Of a DNA stretch of 64,000 nt, positions 37,488-47,178 are shown piece by piece. The notes under the pieces are model-generated. The model made no database searches and was not told the origin of the DNA. It saw nothing but the letters and a program-made list of their open reading frames with translations. Position numbers and translations under genes: made by a program. Source of the DNA: a virus; the IMG/VR virus record IMGVR_UViG_3300032070_000613, positions 64,001 to 128,000 of that record. The stretch is one strand, 5' to 3'. How positions within the stretch are numbered: the first letter of the stretch is position 1; each line of letters opens with the position of its first letter.

Positions 37488-40148
37488 ATGTACCGTTTTC
37501 CTATAACAATTGATAAAACCAAAGTCCAGAGCGTCAATAACAGCACGAGCTTTATTGACGTATCAGGCAAAGTTTGGACTGCCGCTGGTAACGCCAAGCT
37601 GAGTACCGGAGACTATGAATTTGCTCCAGCTTCTGGTGTATTTGATGGCAATGGTGATTACATATCTACGCCAAGTCACACCGACTTTAACATGACGGTT
37701 TCTGATTGTACGATAGATTTTTGGTTTAAAGCAAACTCATTTACTAATGGTTATCCTTTTTATACTACATCGGATACGCCAAACCCTACTTATGATAATA
37801 ATACCATGATATACCCATATAGTGATGGGCGTATTGGTATAGGTAAGCAAGGGTTAAATGAGATTGCATCTGCTGCAGGTACAATAACTACAGGAGTATG
37901 GACCCACGTAGCTGTAACAAGAACACAGGCTACAGGAGTTACTAAGATATATGTTAATGGCGTAGAGAAGGCAAGCAATACTACCGCTGTTTGGTCAAAT
38001 TCATCCAAATCTACTTATATTGGCGGTATGCCAACTGTCCGATTTTTTAATGGCATGATTGATGAGTTTAGAATCTCGAAGGACATCGTTCGTTGGACTT
38101 CCGATTTTTCCGTTCCTACAGCCAGGCACACTTTAGATTCATATACAAAAGTTTTACTTCATTTTGGCGATGATATTACTAACTTTCCGTTTTTATTCAA
38201 TGAAGGATGTAGCAGTATTCCTTCCGGATTCTGGTCGCACGTCGTCGATACTGTTTCAGGTTTAGATATTCGATTTTTCGATACAGACGGAGTAGCTGAA
38301 TTAAAGAGAGAGATCGTTCTATATAATTCTGGAACGAGTAAGGTTGAAGTATGGGTACAAATCCCATCACTGGGTACCGCTTCCAACAAAATTATTTACT
38401 GCCAGTATGGGGGTGCTACTAGAGCTAGTGACTATGATTTATGGAACGTTTTCACGCCCAAAGGAATTTATCACCTACAGAGTTTATCTGATTCTTCCAC
38501 GCAGAGTGTTAACCTGACCAATGTGGGCGCTTCTTCTACTACAGGAAAGATAGAAAATGGGTATAATTTTGATGGAAGCCACTATGTTTATAGGACGGAT
38601 ACAGATGATAAACAAGATATAACAGGCTCATTTACCATGAGTGTTTGGGTAAATCCTACTAGTTTACCTAGTATAGTAGGAACTATCATAGCTAAAAGAC
38701 TAAATGGTAGCGGAACACATAATTATATATTTGATGTTACATCCACTGGAAATGTAATTATCTATAACAACGGCCTTACTCCAGGATCTTTGACATCAAC
38801 GACAACCATATCAACTGGAATTTGGTCTTATGTAGCTGCTGTTTACAATGGCTCTACAGTAAAATTGTATATCAACGGAATTGAACGAGGGTCTCAATCT
38901 GTAACAGGAGCTCCTGTAGCCGATTCTGGACCCTTTGGGATAGGGGCAGATTATCCAGGCTCGTGGACAGATTTCTTTTCTGGAAAAATAGACGAAGCAC
39001 GAGTTTTTGCATCCGCTTTTTCGGCTGATTGGATAAAAACGGAATATAACAATCAGAATGATCCCTCTACTTTTTCATTATGTAGTGCAGAAGAAGATGT
39101 TACAAGAGTATACAAATTTCCTATAACAATTGATAAGACTAAGGTCCAAGGTACAAATACAAATTTCGTGTATTTGTTTTCTGAACTCTGCTCATCTATC
39201 CCTGCCGGTTTCTGGGCCCATGTAAAAGATTCAGGAGGATTAGACATAATATTTTTTGATACAGACGGTGTGACTGAGTTAAAAAGGGAAATAGTCCTGT
39301 ATTCTACCGGCACGAATAAGGTCGAGGCATGGGTACAAATCCTATCACTGGGTACCGCTTCCAACAAAATTATTTACTGTCAGTATGGGGGCGCTACCAG
39401 AGCCAATGATTCTACTCTATGGTCAGATGCCGAAGTAGTCAGTACATTCCACTATCAGGGAAATGCTAATGATTCTGGAGATAGCAACAACGGGACAGTA
39501 ACAGGAGCTGTACAAAATGACGGTAAAATACAGAAATGTTATAGTTTCGATGGTACAGGTAATAAAATCGCATCCGCTCATAATGCAAATCTAATACCAG
39601 CGAATATTTCACTATCTGCCTGGGTATATTGTAGGAGTTTTGTTGGAGCTACCGGTGGATATATGTGTGTCGTTAATAAAGGGCATGATGATGGTCTACA
39701 TGGGTATGATTTTGAAGTAAAAGAAAATGGAACTAAATTTAATGTAGCTTGGTATATGGCACATAATGGAGACTACTCCACTCCACTTTCTTCTACTAAT
39801 ACCTACGACAAAAATGCGTGGTACCATCTCGCTGTAACTTTTGACGGAACAGATGAAAAGATTTTTGTTAATGGAACATCGGACGGCACTAGAACAGATG
39901 CTTTATCATCTACACAGAATACGGGGAATTTCACTGTAGGTCGATTTGCAACTGATGGCGTGGGTCTCAACAGATATTTTGATGGACTCATAGAAGAAGT
40001 AAGAGCCTATAATGTGGCTAAAACTACTGATTGGTTTAAAACAGAGTATAACAATCAAAACGATCCCGCCACATTTTCATCCTGTGGCGCAGAATCATCT
40101 GTCATAGGAGAAGAAATTTTTACCGTATGGATACCAGGAATAATTTAA
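37488..40148 (+). CDS. Fibre protein with two DUF2341+LamG cassettes and an extra inserted LamG
   Basis: Two Y.FPITIDKTKVQ...EYNNQNDP.TFS.C units and three LamG cores (TIDFWF, TMSVWV, SLSAWV). Confidence 0.85.
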   Translation: MYRFPITIDKTKVQSVNNSTSFIDVSGKVWTAAGNAKLSTGDYEFAPASGVFDGNGDYISTPSHTDFNMTVSDCTIDFWFKANSFTNGYPFYTTSDTPNPTYDNNTMIYPYSDGRIGIGKQGLNEIASAAGTITTGVWTHVAVTRTQATGVTKIYVNGVEKASNTTAVWSNSSKSTYIGGMPTVRFFNGMIDEFRISKDIVRWTSDFSVPTARHTLDSYTKVLLHFGDDITNFPFLFNEGCSSIPSGFWSHVVDTVSGLDIRFFDTDGVAELKREIVLYNSGTSKVEVWVQIPSLGTASNKIIYCQYGGATRASDYDLWNVFTPKGIYHLQSLSDSSTQSVNLTNVGASSTTGKIENGYNFDGSHYVYRTDTDDKQDITGSFTMSVWVNPTSLPSIVGTIIAKRLNGSGTHNYIFDVTSTGNVIIYNNGLTPGSLTSTTTISTGIWSYVAAVYNGSTVKLYINGIERGSQSVTGAPVADSGPFGIGADYPGSWTDFFSGKIDEARVFASAFSADWIKTEYNNQNDPSTFSLCSAEEDVTRVYKFPITIDKTKVQGTNTNFVYLFSELCSSIPAGFWAHVKDSGGLDIIFFDTDGVTELKREIVLYSTGTNKVEAWVQILSLGTASNKIIYCQYGGATRANDSTLWSDAEVVSTFHYQGNANDSGDSNNGTVTGAVQNDGKIQKCYSFDGTGNKIASAHNANLIPANISLSAWVYCRSFVGATGGYMCVVNKGHDDGLHGYDFEVKENGTKFNVAWYMAHNGDYSTPLSSTNTYDKNAWYHLAVTFDGTDEKIFVNGTSDGTRTDALSSTQNTGNFTVGRFATDGVGLNRYFDGLIEEVRAYNVAKTTDWFKTEYNNQNDPATFSSCGAESSVIGEEIFTVWIPGII

Positions 40149-40171
40149 TAAAATATGGATCGTGAAAAATA

Positions 40172-43100
40172 ATGGATATAAACGTTTTAAATAAAATCAA
40201 TAATAAAAAATTCAAGAGCGGTATCGAATATCAAAAGCAGCTCCTGCAGATCACACGCTCTATTCAGGATATGCTGCTGCAAGGCCTCCCCAGCAACTAC
40301 TCCAAAGATCATAATACAAACCTGGCTGAATTTTTCAGAGCAGTATCTAAAGAATTCGCCCGACTCCAAACATCATCCTCCGACGTAAATGAAGACAAAT
40401 ATAATGATGAAACACGTGTAGAATATCTATATCAGATCCTGGGAGACTCGCTCTTCCTGGGAGAAAAAGCAATCAATGAAAACCTCAACGACGCAGCCTA
40501 TAGAGATTTCCTGCTCAAAGTAAGAAACGCCTACTATGAAGGCAGCCGCAAACAAAACCTGGAAGACGCCGTCTCAGATATCATAGGCCTCCCCGTCACT
40601 ATAAAAGAACTCTATCTGGACCTGAGAAAAAAGAACTCTTTCTATGGCCTCAAAGATACACACAAAATGTTCTTCGATATCCTCATGGATGACGTCACCG
40701 CCGCCTCATCCATAGGCCTCATACTCGAAGATATAAAATTTTTCATAGACCTCATAAAACCCGCCCACACTATCTACGACACCCGCCTGATATGGACAGA
40801 CACCCTCACTAACAGAGACGGTGAATGTAAACCGTCCTATATAAAAGAGGACATGGACTATGTAATATACGGCACGTCCCGTATCTACCAAGTCACCTAC
40901 CTCGCTAGCAAAATTTATAAATTCTCGGGCACAGACCCAGCAGAAACCTGGGTAGAAGGCACTATCCAGACCATAGACCTGAATAAAGGAATATTCTATC
41001 TAACCGACAATAGAATACTCGTCTATAACGCTGACACCCTCCTCTATTTGAGAGACGGTACCGGAGACCACGAAATACTCCCTGAGGCATTCTCTGTAGG
41101 AGACGTGATCAAATACTATGCCACTAAAGATGCCGCGGCCAGCTCTGAGATCATAGACAGCACCTGGGGATACACGGGAATAATAGATGATTTTTATCTA
41201 TCAGAAAATTTGATCACACTAACGGATGGATCAGGAATAATTTTCAATAACGATACTCTGGCCTATACGAGAGACTATAACGGAGAATATCGTATAGAGG
41301 TAGAGGATCTGACCTCAAATCGTGAGATAGCGTATAAAGCTGAAAGAAATACTCAATCCTATAAGTTCTATAGGAAACCAGCAGCAGTACAGAGTAATTT
41401 TTTCAAACAATTCGATAGCGCCGTCATAGAAAAGCCCTCTTTTCAAGACTACGTAGAAAAAAATAAAGAGATACCCCCAGGGACTCATGAAGGATATGAC
41501 GTCTATGTAATAGACGGCGTAGCGACAATAAAAAATATCTCTACGATGTTTTATAAGAGGGATGACTCCAAAAGTAATAAAGAAATTGAGATCAACAAAT
41601 ACACACTCTATATAGACAATGAGCTCCAGAAACAATTCGAGATGGATGACGCCCCGAGGACGCTGACTCAGGATGAAGCTAAAAATGTTTTTATTACCGC
41701 CTACGGATATACTGGGCTGCAGGAGCCCGACGTCAATTATAGAATAGACATAACAACGACCGGGGAGCTGATCCAGGACGGTCCCTCATCTACAGTGCAG
41801 ACTATAGGCGATCATACTGAGATGTGCGATCGAAAAGCTGCCTGTCAGCTGGTACCCCTGTATGAGGATACCCGTAAATATTTCACATGGCCTGATCTGC
41901 AGCTGACCTCCGGATTTTTTGATATAACATTTGGATTTACTGGCGGCGTGGGTATAGAGGACACCATAGACGATACCCTACCTATCACAGAAGATGTCGT
42001 GGATGAAGATGTAGACACGATAGAAGACATCGTGGAATACGGTATGGGCTCGGGTGATGACGCATATGATGTACCGGGAGCCTATTATACTTTTACGGGT
42101 ATCAGTGAGCTATCCTCGAGTACTATATATTTCGGACCGAATCCTTTAAACGTACCCACATGGCATTATATATCCTCTGATCCTAATTTATACCAGATGC
42201 CCTACCTGCCTATGCTGGGGGCTGACGGACTCCCTGCAGAGGCCAGCGATGTGACAGTGTATGTCAGCGGTAAAAAGGTAGATGATGCTATATCCTCTAT
42301 CGATCCCTGGAATGGTATAGTCTCTCTGAATTTTATACCGCCCTACGATACTAAACTCAGGATTGATTATTACTATTCCAAGAGATATCCGGATCCAGTT
42401 TATTATCTGAAACAGGTGATTTCTAAAACAATCCAGGCCGCGCCAAATAATATAGCAGGCATTTTTAACGTGATCAATCCAGGCGGTCTGGTATCACACC
42501 TCACGTGGCCTTTTGCAGTGACGGATCCGGCACTCTACGGAGATGACCAGGACTATCAGATGAACAAGTTCCCGATGCTGAATAATAAAGGGGAACTCGT
42601 CACAAAAGAAGAAATATCGGTTTTCGTGGGATCCGCTATAGTATCCGGCACAATAAAAGTCACCGAAACCGACGAAACCGGCAGCACTCTGAAAAATATG
42701 AGTGGTGAGGACTGGACTCCCGTGGCAGATGGTGACGTGATCATCATACAGGCAGAGAACTATCTGGATAATACGCTGATCTATGTAATCGAAAGCGTAG
42801 ATGCTGTAAACGACACTCTCCGCCTGCCGAATTCTCTACCAGTGCTGGACGCCAGCTATCCCTATACTATTATACGTTTCATAGAGGTACCGGACGCCGT
42901 GGACGACGTCCGTCCTCTGCTGGGACACGTGCGACTGAATTTCATACCCCCAGTGAATAGCTATATACGGGTCAATTATTATTATACTCCGTATGAGAGA
43001 GATTATCTCATGATGCCTGATGCTCCTGTCACGGGTCTCACTCCTGGAGTGGACTATGGAGCTAGTAGCTATACGCCTGATACGTTCTATGGATCGAAAA

Positions 43101-45145
43101 ACAACTATACCATGTCTGTGGATGCCTCCCCTGACCTGATGGACGTGCCCTATTGGAGTTTTGATGAGTTGCTGAAAGTGGGATATCGATACAGGGCTTT
43201 TGATCTAGCGCACTCCGCGGCACTGGACTCCGAGCAGCTCCGACTGGATGATTATGTGGCTCATAAAAACAGGGCGTCTTTTAATAACAGGCCTGGTCTG
43301 TTAGACAGATATGATTTGATGTTCAGCCCGGAATTTTTGACGGATAAAGATAAAAATGTCATCCTGAATGATAAATATCTGCAGAAGGACCTGCCCGCGG
43401 TCACGGTCCTCAATCCCGGCACGCCTGTATTTGAGAAAAGCTTTACTGATGATGCGCATCACACGAATGCTCTCTATCCCGTATCAGAGGATACCTATGA
43501 TCCTGATTTGATGGATGGAAAAGATTTGAGAGCCAGTTTTACTATTATAGATCCGGATGATTCAGGGATCATCGATTATAATCCTGTCTGTCAGATTTTA
43601 GACAATCGTCAGATAAATCTTTATTCTGATTTCAAACAGGTAGAGTACCCTAACGGAGGTTTTGACGCGCCACTGTCCACGATAGATGAGGGTGGTACCT
43701 CGATACCTTTCAAAACTACTTTCATTGATCAATACTACCCCAACCGAGAACTCCGTCTCACGGATTATATGGACTATATCAATCAGGTGCCTACTGAGTA
43801 TCGTTTTGGTAGCCTGAGAGTTTTGAATGGATCTACTATTGTTAAAAATGTAATAAGTGAGACCGGACTAAAAACTTTCAAAGCTCTGAATGTCGGGGAT
43901 ATGGTCACGGTAAAAGGTATACCTTATGAAGAAGAGACAGGATATACCGGCTATGTAGGATATTCGAAAGCTCAAGATTTACTAGGATACGTGATGGAGT
44001 ATAGTCTTGGATATGGTGAGACAGGACTAGGAGAGACTGGTTTCAATGTAAGAAGATATAAAGATCTGGACCACACTCTGGTAGATATAATCGATTTTGA
44101 GACCGCTCAGATCAGTCCGGTTTTTAAAGGACCGGGTGGTACGTATGATTATGAGCTGACCCGCAGCAAGACATATGCTGTTGATGTATCCCTTTTTGGT
44201 GGATATGGTGAGACTGCGCCTGAGTTTATGGTAGGTAATCTCAACAGGACTCTGGTCCTCAATGGGCTGCTCGGTTACACATACAGTCTACCAGACGCTA
44301 TCCTGCAGCATTTGCCGGGATATGGGGATACGGGTACTAATTTTGAGTTGCATTTTCCGGATCCTGATCCAGATCCCTATCCCGCGAATCCGGATAATCC
44401 ATGGATACCAAATCCTACGGGTATATCCTATTTCGATATGGGATATCAAATAGAGTACAGATTCACGGGGAGCATCACTGGTGGGTATACTGGGGTCTAC
44501 TCAGTGCGGTCTAATCGTATCAATGCCACTACAGGCCTCGTGCGGACGTCTCAAATCATCGATGAAGAAGGTAATAGCTACGGATATACCGGGCTGCTAT
44601 CAGGGTTTACAGGGCCTTCTGGAGCGTTAGATCTGGGGATCACAGGGCCGGTGGGGGATGTCAATCCTCGTGTGTATAAACTCAGTGACTCGTATGTGAT
44701 ACCGTCTGGGGATACGGGAATTTTTATATCTTACAGTGAATCTGAGTATCGGGTGCAGTGGAGGAACTGGGACCAGGACATGATAATAGTCGGGCTCGGG
44801 ACTACGGGTAGTGTGATGATTGAGGATCCTGTGAACCTCATGGATGATATAGGTGATGGTATCAAGCGTAGTTTCTGGAGTGTGTCTGGGGCTGTGTTGA
44901 GAGAGATGCGTTTCCAGGGGACTGTGATAGAGACTGCCGAGAAAATTTATGATAGTGTGCTGGCGTCGTCTTACTCGAACGGTCTGATCTTGTTGACTCA
45001 GGATCAGGTGGATTTGATAAATGCTGGGCATCCTCCGGCTCATTTGAATGATGTCAGCTATCAGCTCAATAGGAGGATCATACGGGAGTTGCTGCATGAC
45101 GGGTCGATAAAGGTGACTGAGGTGCAGGAATTCATACCATTGTGA
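40172..45145 (+). CDS. Large baseplate wedge protein (gp7/tail-protein-I-like N-terminus)
   Basis: LPSNY...YRDFLLKVRNAYYEGS...IKPAHT N-terminal block; duplicated IDPWNGIVSLNFIPP/VRPLLGHVRLNFIPP module; C-terminal G-x-T-G cluster. Confidence 0.65.
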   Translation: MDINVLNKINNKKFKSGIEYQKQLLQITRSIQDMLLQGLPSNYSKDHNTNLAEFFRAVSKEFARLQTSSSDVNEDKYNDETRVEYLYQILGDSLFLGEKAINENLNDAAYRDFLLKVRNAYYEGSRKQNLEDAVSDIIGLPVTIKELYLDLRKKNSFYGLKDTHKMFFDILMDDVTAASSIGLILEDIKFFIDLIKPAHTIYDTRLIWTDTLTNRDGECKPSYIKEDMDYVIYGTSRIYQVTYLASKIYKFSGTDPAETWVEGTIQTIDLNKGIFYLTDNRILVYNADTLLYLRDGTGDHEILPEAFSVGDVIKYYATKDAAASSEIIDSTWGYTGIIDDFYLSENLITLTDGSGIIFNNDTLAYTRDYNGEYRIEVEDLTSNREIAYKAERNTQSYKFYRKPAAVQSNFFKQFDSAVIEKPSFQDYVEKNKEIPPGTHEGYDVYVIDGVATIKNISTMFYKRDDSKSNKEIEINKYTLYIDNELQKQFEMDDAPRTLTQDEAKNVFITAYGYTGLQEPDVNYRIDITTTGELIQDGPSSTVQTIGDHTEMCDRKAACQLVPLYEDTRKYFTWPDLQLTSGFFDITFGFTGGVGIEDTIDDTLPITEDVVDEDVDTIEDIVEYGMGSGDDAYDVPGAYYTFTGISELSSSTIYFGPNPLNVPTWHYISSDPNLYQMPYLPMLGADGLPAEASDVTVYVSGKKVDDAISSIDPWNGIVSLNFIPPYDTKLRIDYYYSKRYPDPVYYLKQVISKTIQAAPNNIAGIFNVINPGGLVSHLTWPFAVTDPALYGDDQDYQMNKFPMLNNKGELVTKEEISVFVGSAIVSGTIKVTETDETGSTLKNMSGEDWTPVADGDVIIIQAENYLDNTLIYVIESVDAVNDTLRLPNSLPVLDASYPYTIIRFIEVPDAVDDVRPLLGHVRLNFIPPVNSYIRVNYYYTPYERDYLMMPDAPVTGLTPGVDYGASSYTPDTFYGSKNNYTMSVDASPDLMDVPYWSFDELLKVGYRYRAFDLAHSAALDSEQLRLDDYVAHKNRASFNNRPGLLDRYDLMFSPEFLTDKDKNVILNDKYLQKDLPAVTVLNPGTPVFEKSFTDDAHHTNALYPVSEDTYDPDLMDGKDLRASFTIIDPDDSGIIDYNPVCQILDNRQINLYSDFKQVEYPNGGFDAPLSTIDEGGTSIPFKTTFIDQYYPNRELRLTDYMDYINQVPTEYRFGSLRVLNGSTIVKNVISETGLKTFKALNVGDMVTVKGIPYEEETGYTGYVGYSKAQDLLGYVMEYSLGYGETGLGETGFNVRRYKDLDHTLVDIIDFETAQISPVFKGPGGTYDYELTRSKTYAVDVSLFGGYGETAPEFMVGNLNRTLVLNGLLGYTYSLPDAILQHLPGYGDTGTNFELHFPDPDPDPYPANPDNPWIPNPTGISYFDMGYQIEYRFTGSITGGYTGVYSVRSNRINATTGLVRTSQIIDEEGNSYGYTGLLSGFTGPSGALDLGITGPVGDVNPRVYKLSDSYVIPSGDTGIFISYSESEYRVQWRNWDQDMIIVGLGTTGSVMIEDPVNLMDDIGDGIKRSFWSVSGAVLREMRFQGTVIETAEKIYDSVLASSYSNGLILLTQDQVDLINAGHPPAHLNDVSYQLNRRIIRELLHDGSIKVTEVQEFIPL

Positions 45146-45158
45146 GAAGGATATTTTT

Positions 45159-45524
45159 ATGATACAGGTTTCTGAAAAGATAAAGAAAATGGCCATGAAA
45201 ATAGTTTCGGGTTGGTTGGATGTTGAGGCTAATACTGATATGGCATGGGTGGAATATGTAAAAGGGGATCCTAAAGGAATGAAGACACAGATATGCAAAA
45301 GCTGCAGAGAGGGCAAGCACATGTCGTACGGGAGTCATCATTTACCTACAAATTTTAAAGTAGAGTTGCAAAAAGTAAAAAATAATCCAGAAGATTTAGA
45401 AGAATATATTTATGATGTCGGGAGATATAGCTGTAAAAATGTAGGCATGCTAGATGGAAAACAAGTACAATGTATGTGCAGTGCATCGTCATTAGCTGAA
45501 GGGACACTAACTTTACCATTTTAA
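45159..45524 (+). CDS. Small Cys/His-rich hypothetical protein
   Basis: CKSC...H...C...CMC; SD AAGGA. Confidence 0.6.
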   Translation: MIQVSEKIKKMAMKIVSGWLDVEANTDMAWVEYVKGDPKGMKTQICKSCREGKHMSYGSHHLPTNFKVELQKVKNNPEDLEEYIYDVGRYSCKNVGMLDGKQVQCMCSASSLAEGTLTLPF

Positions 45525-45556
45525 TACAAAAATAAACATTGTTTCTATTTTAGTTT

Positions 45557-45570
45557 AATAATCTCTTGAT
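45557..45570 (+). promoter_or_regulatory. Putative late-promoter motif AATAATCTCTTGAT
   Basis: Intergenic, upstream of the tail-collar-like gene. Confidence 0.55.
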
Positions 45571-45622
45571 AATTAATGCTTATTATGTAGCATATAAAAA
45601 ACCAAATTAAAAGGAATGTCGT

Positions 45623-46201
45623 ATGAGTTTTTTTAAAGAGAGCGTAAAAAAGATGGGTAATCTTTTTCACATGGGATCTATTATGAAAGAACGAGAGACT
45701 TTCAGATGTATGAAAGGTCAACTCTTTTTAAAAGCCTACGAGAATGGAGTGCTGGTACATGAGTATACCAGCTCCAATATCATTGTTAATACGGCTTCTA
45801 TTCTGATCGCCCGTCTTTTGAAAGACAGCTCGGAGCCCACGTGGGGTATATCCTATTTGGGGATCGGTAGCGGTAGTGGTGAATGGGACCCGTTTGATCC
45901 TCCTGCTCCTACGACTTCTCAGACTCGCCTCGAGAATGAATTTTACAGAAAAGCTATTGATCTAGCCACATTCGTGCATCCAGAGACTGGAGAGCCTACC
46001 ACTGTTTTCACGAACATCGTGGATTATTCCGTATCGTTTGGGGAAGGTGAAGCTGTAGGGCCTCTGCTGGAGATGGGGCTGTTTGGAGGAGATGCTACAT
46101 CTGAGCTCGGATCGGGTACGATGGTGAACTGGAGGACATTCCCGGTGATCAATAAAACGAGTACGATGACGCTGACGATTATTTTCCGTATTACCGCGTA
46201 A
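45623..46201 (+). CDS. Tail-collar/fibre N-terminal-domain (gpH-like) protein
   Basis: NIIVNTASILIARLL, ISYLGIGSG, QTRLENEFYRK, EAVGPLLEMGLFGG, RTFPVINKT. Confidence 0.75.
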   Translation: MSFFKESVKKMGNLFHMGSIMKERETFRCMKGQLFLKAYENGVLVHEYTSSNIIVNTASILIARLLKDSSEPTWGISYLGIGSGSGEWDPFDPPAPTTSQTRLENEFYRKAIDLATFVHPETGEPTTVFTNIVDYSVSFGEGEAVGPLLEMGLFGGDATSELGSGTMVNWRTFPVINKTSTMTLTIIFRITA

Positions 46202-46204
46202 TCA

Positions 46205-47170
46205 ATGAAGCATCTACTCAAAAAAATTTCCGCGTCGAAATCCAATATCATCGCTCATATAAAAATGGGCGATGATACTTTTAATTTGACTACTCGAGAG
46301 GATAAGGTACAGGCCACCTATAACGGCTGTGATGTGCTGAGTGCTTCCAAAACGAAGGAGTCTACTGAGAAAATAACGCATGTCGTTCAGGATTTTATAG
46401 GATATTATTTAAAAGATTCTAAAAATGCTAGTGTATCTGTTTTTAAGAATAAAGAGAGTGGAGATTTTGACTCGTTGATGGAGCAGCTGAAAGATATCCC
46501 GGGTATCAAAAAAATAGTCATTAAAACGCTCCCTGATAATGCTCGTGATATAGAGAAGACTTTGCATCCTGATTTTAGTCCTGAAAAAGGTATAAGAAAC
46601 AGTGCTATCATAAAATGTTTAGAGGATTTTTCTAACATCGTAGGGGAGATATGCACGCTGCTTAATGTGTCTCGAAATGATGCCCTGACGATCACTCAGG
46701 GCAGGCTAGTGGGTACGATGTGGGGCGCGAAGCCGATGCAGGAGATGCTCGAATCGATACATCAGGAGATAGCTGATAACGATAAATGGGACCGTATAGA
46801 ATTTTTTTCTAATATTATTATCAAGTCTATTGATAGGCTCATACACAAGCTGGCGACTGAGTTGAGTAGCGTGTGTATGGAGGAGAAGAAAGTCATTTAC
46901 AATATTCTTATCCCTAACATACTTGATGGTTATGAGCAATTTAAGCAGGTAGTCGGCAGCGCTCTGATGTCTTTATCTTCTTTAGTTTATATAGATGTTA
47001 TTTTCAAAAAGATGACTAGTTACCCGGCCACGTTGTTTATGAGTAGCAGTATGCTGGGAGATTTGAATCAGGATTATCAGAAGCTTTTGGGATTGCTCAA
47101 GGACATGCCTCGGATAGAGCGGCAGGTCATTTATCCGCTCGATATGATGAGACTGCAAAATTTTAAATAG
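46205..47170 (+). CDS. Hypothetical helical protein
   Basis: 321-aa ORF in tight operon spacing. Confidence 0.65.
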   Translation: MKHLLKKISASKSNIIAHIKMGDDTFNLTTREDKVQATYNGCDVLSASKTKESTEKITHVVQDFIGYYLKDSKNASVSVFKNKESGDFDSLMEQLKDIPGIKKIVIKTLPDNARDIEKTLHPDFSPEKGIRNSAIIKCLEDFSNIVGEICTLLNVSRNDALTITQGRLVGTMWGAKPMQEMLESIHQEIADNDKWDRIEFFSNIIIKSIDRLIHKLATELSSVCMEEKKVIYNILIPNILDGYEQFKQVVGSALMSLSSLVYIDVIFKKMTSYPATLFMSSSMLGDLNQDYQKLLGLLKDMPRIERQVIYPLDMMRLQNFK

Positions 47171-47178
47171 GATCATAT

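Noticed and set aside
20896-40148. Diversity-generating retroelement (TR/VR pair) among the repeated fibre segments
   Set aside because: Differences between copies are mostly synonymous and not adenine-specific, all copies are coding, and no reverse transcriptase is in the window.
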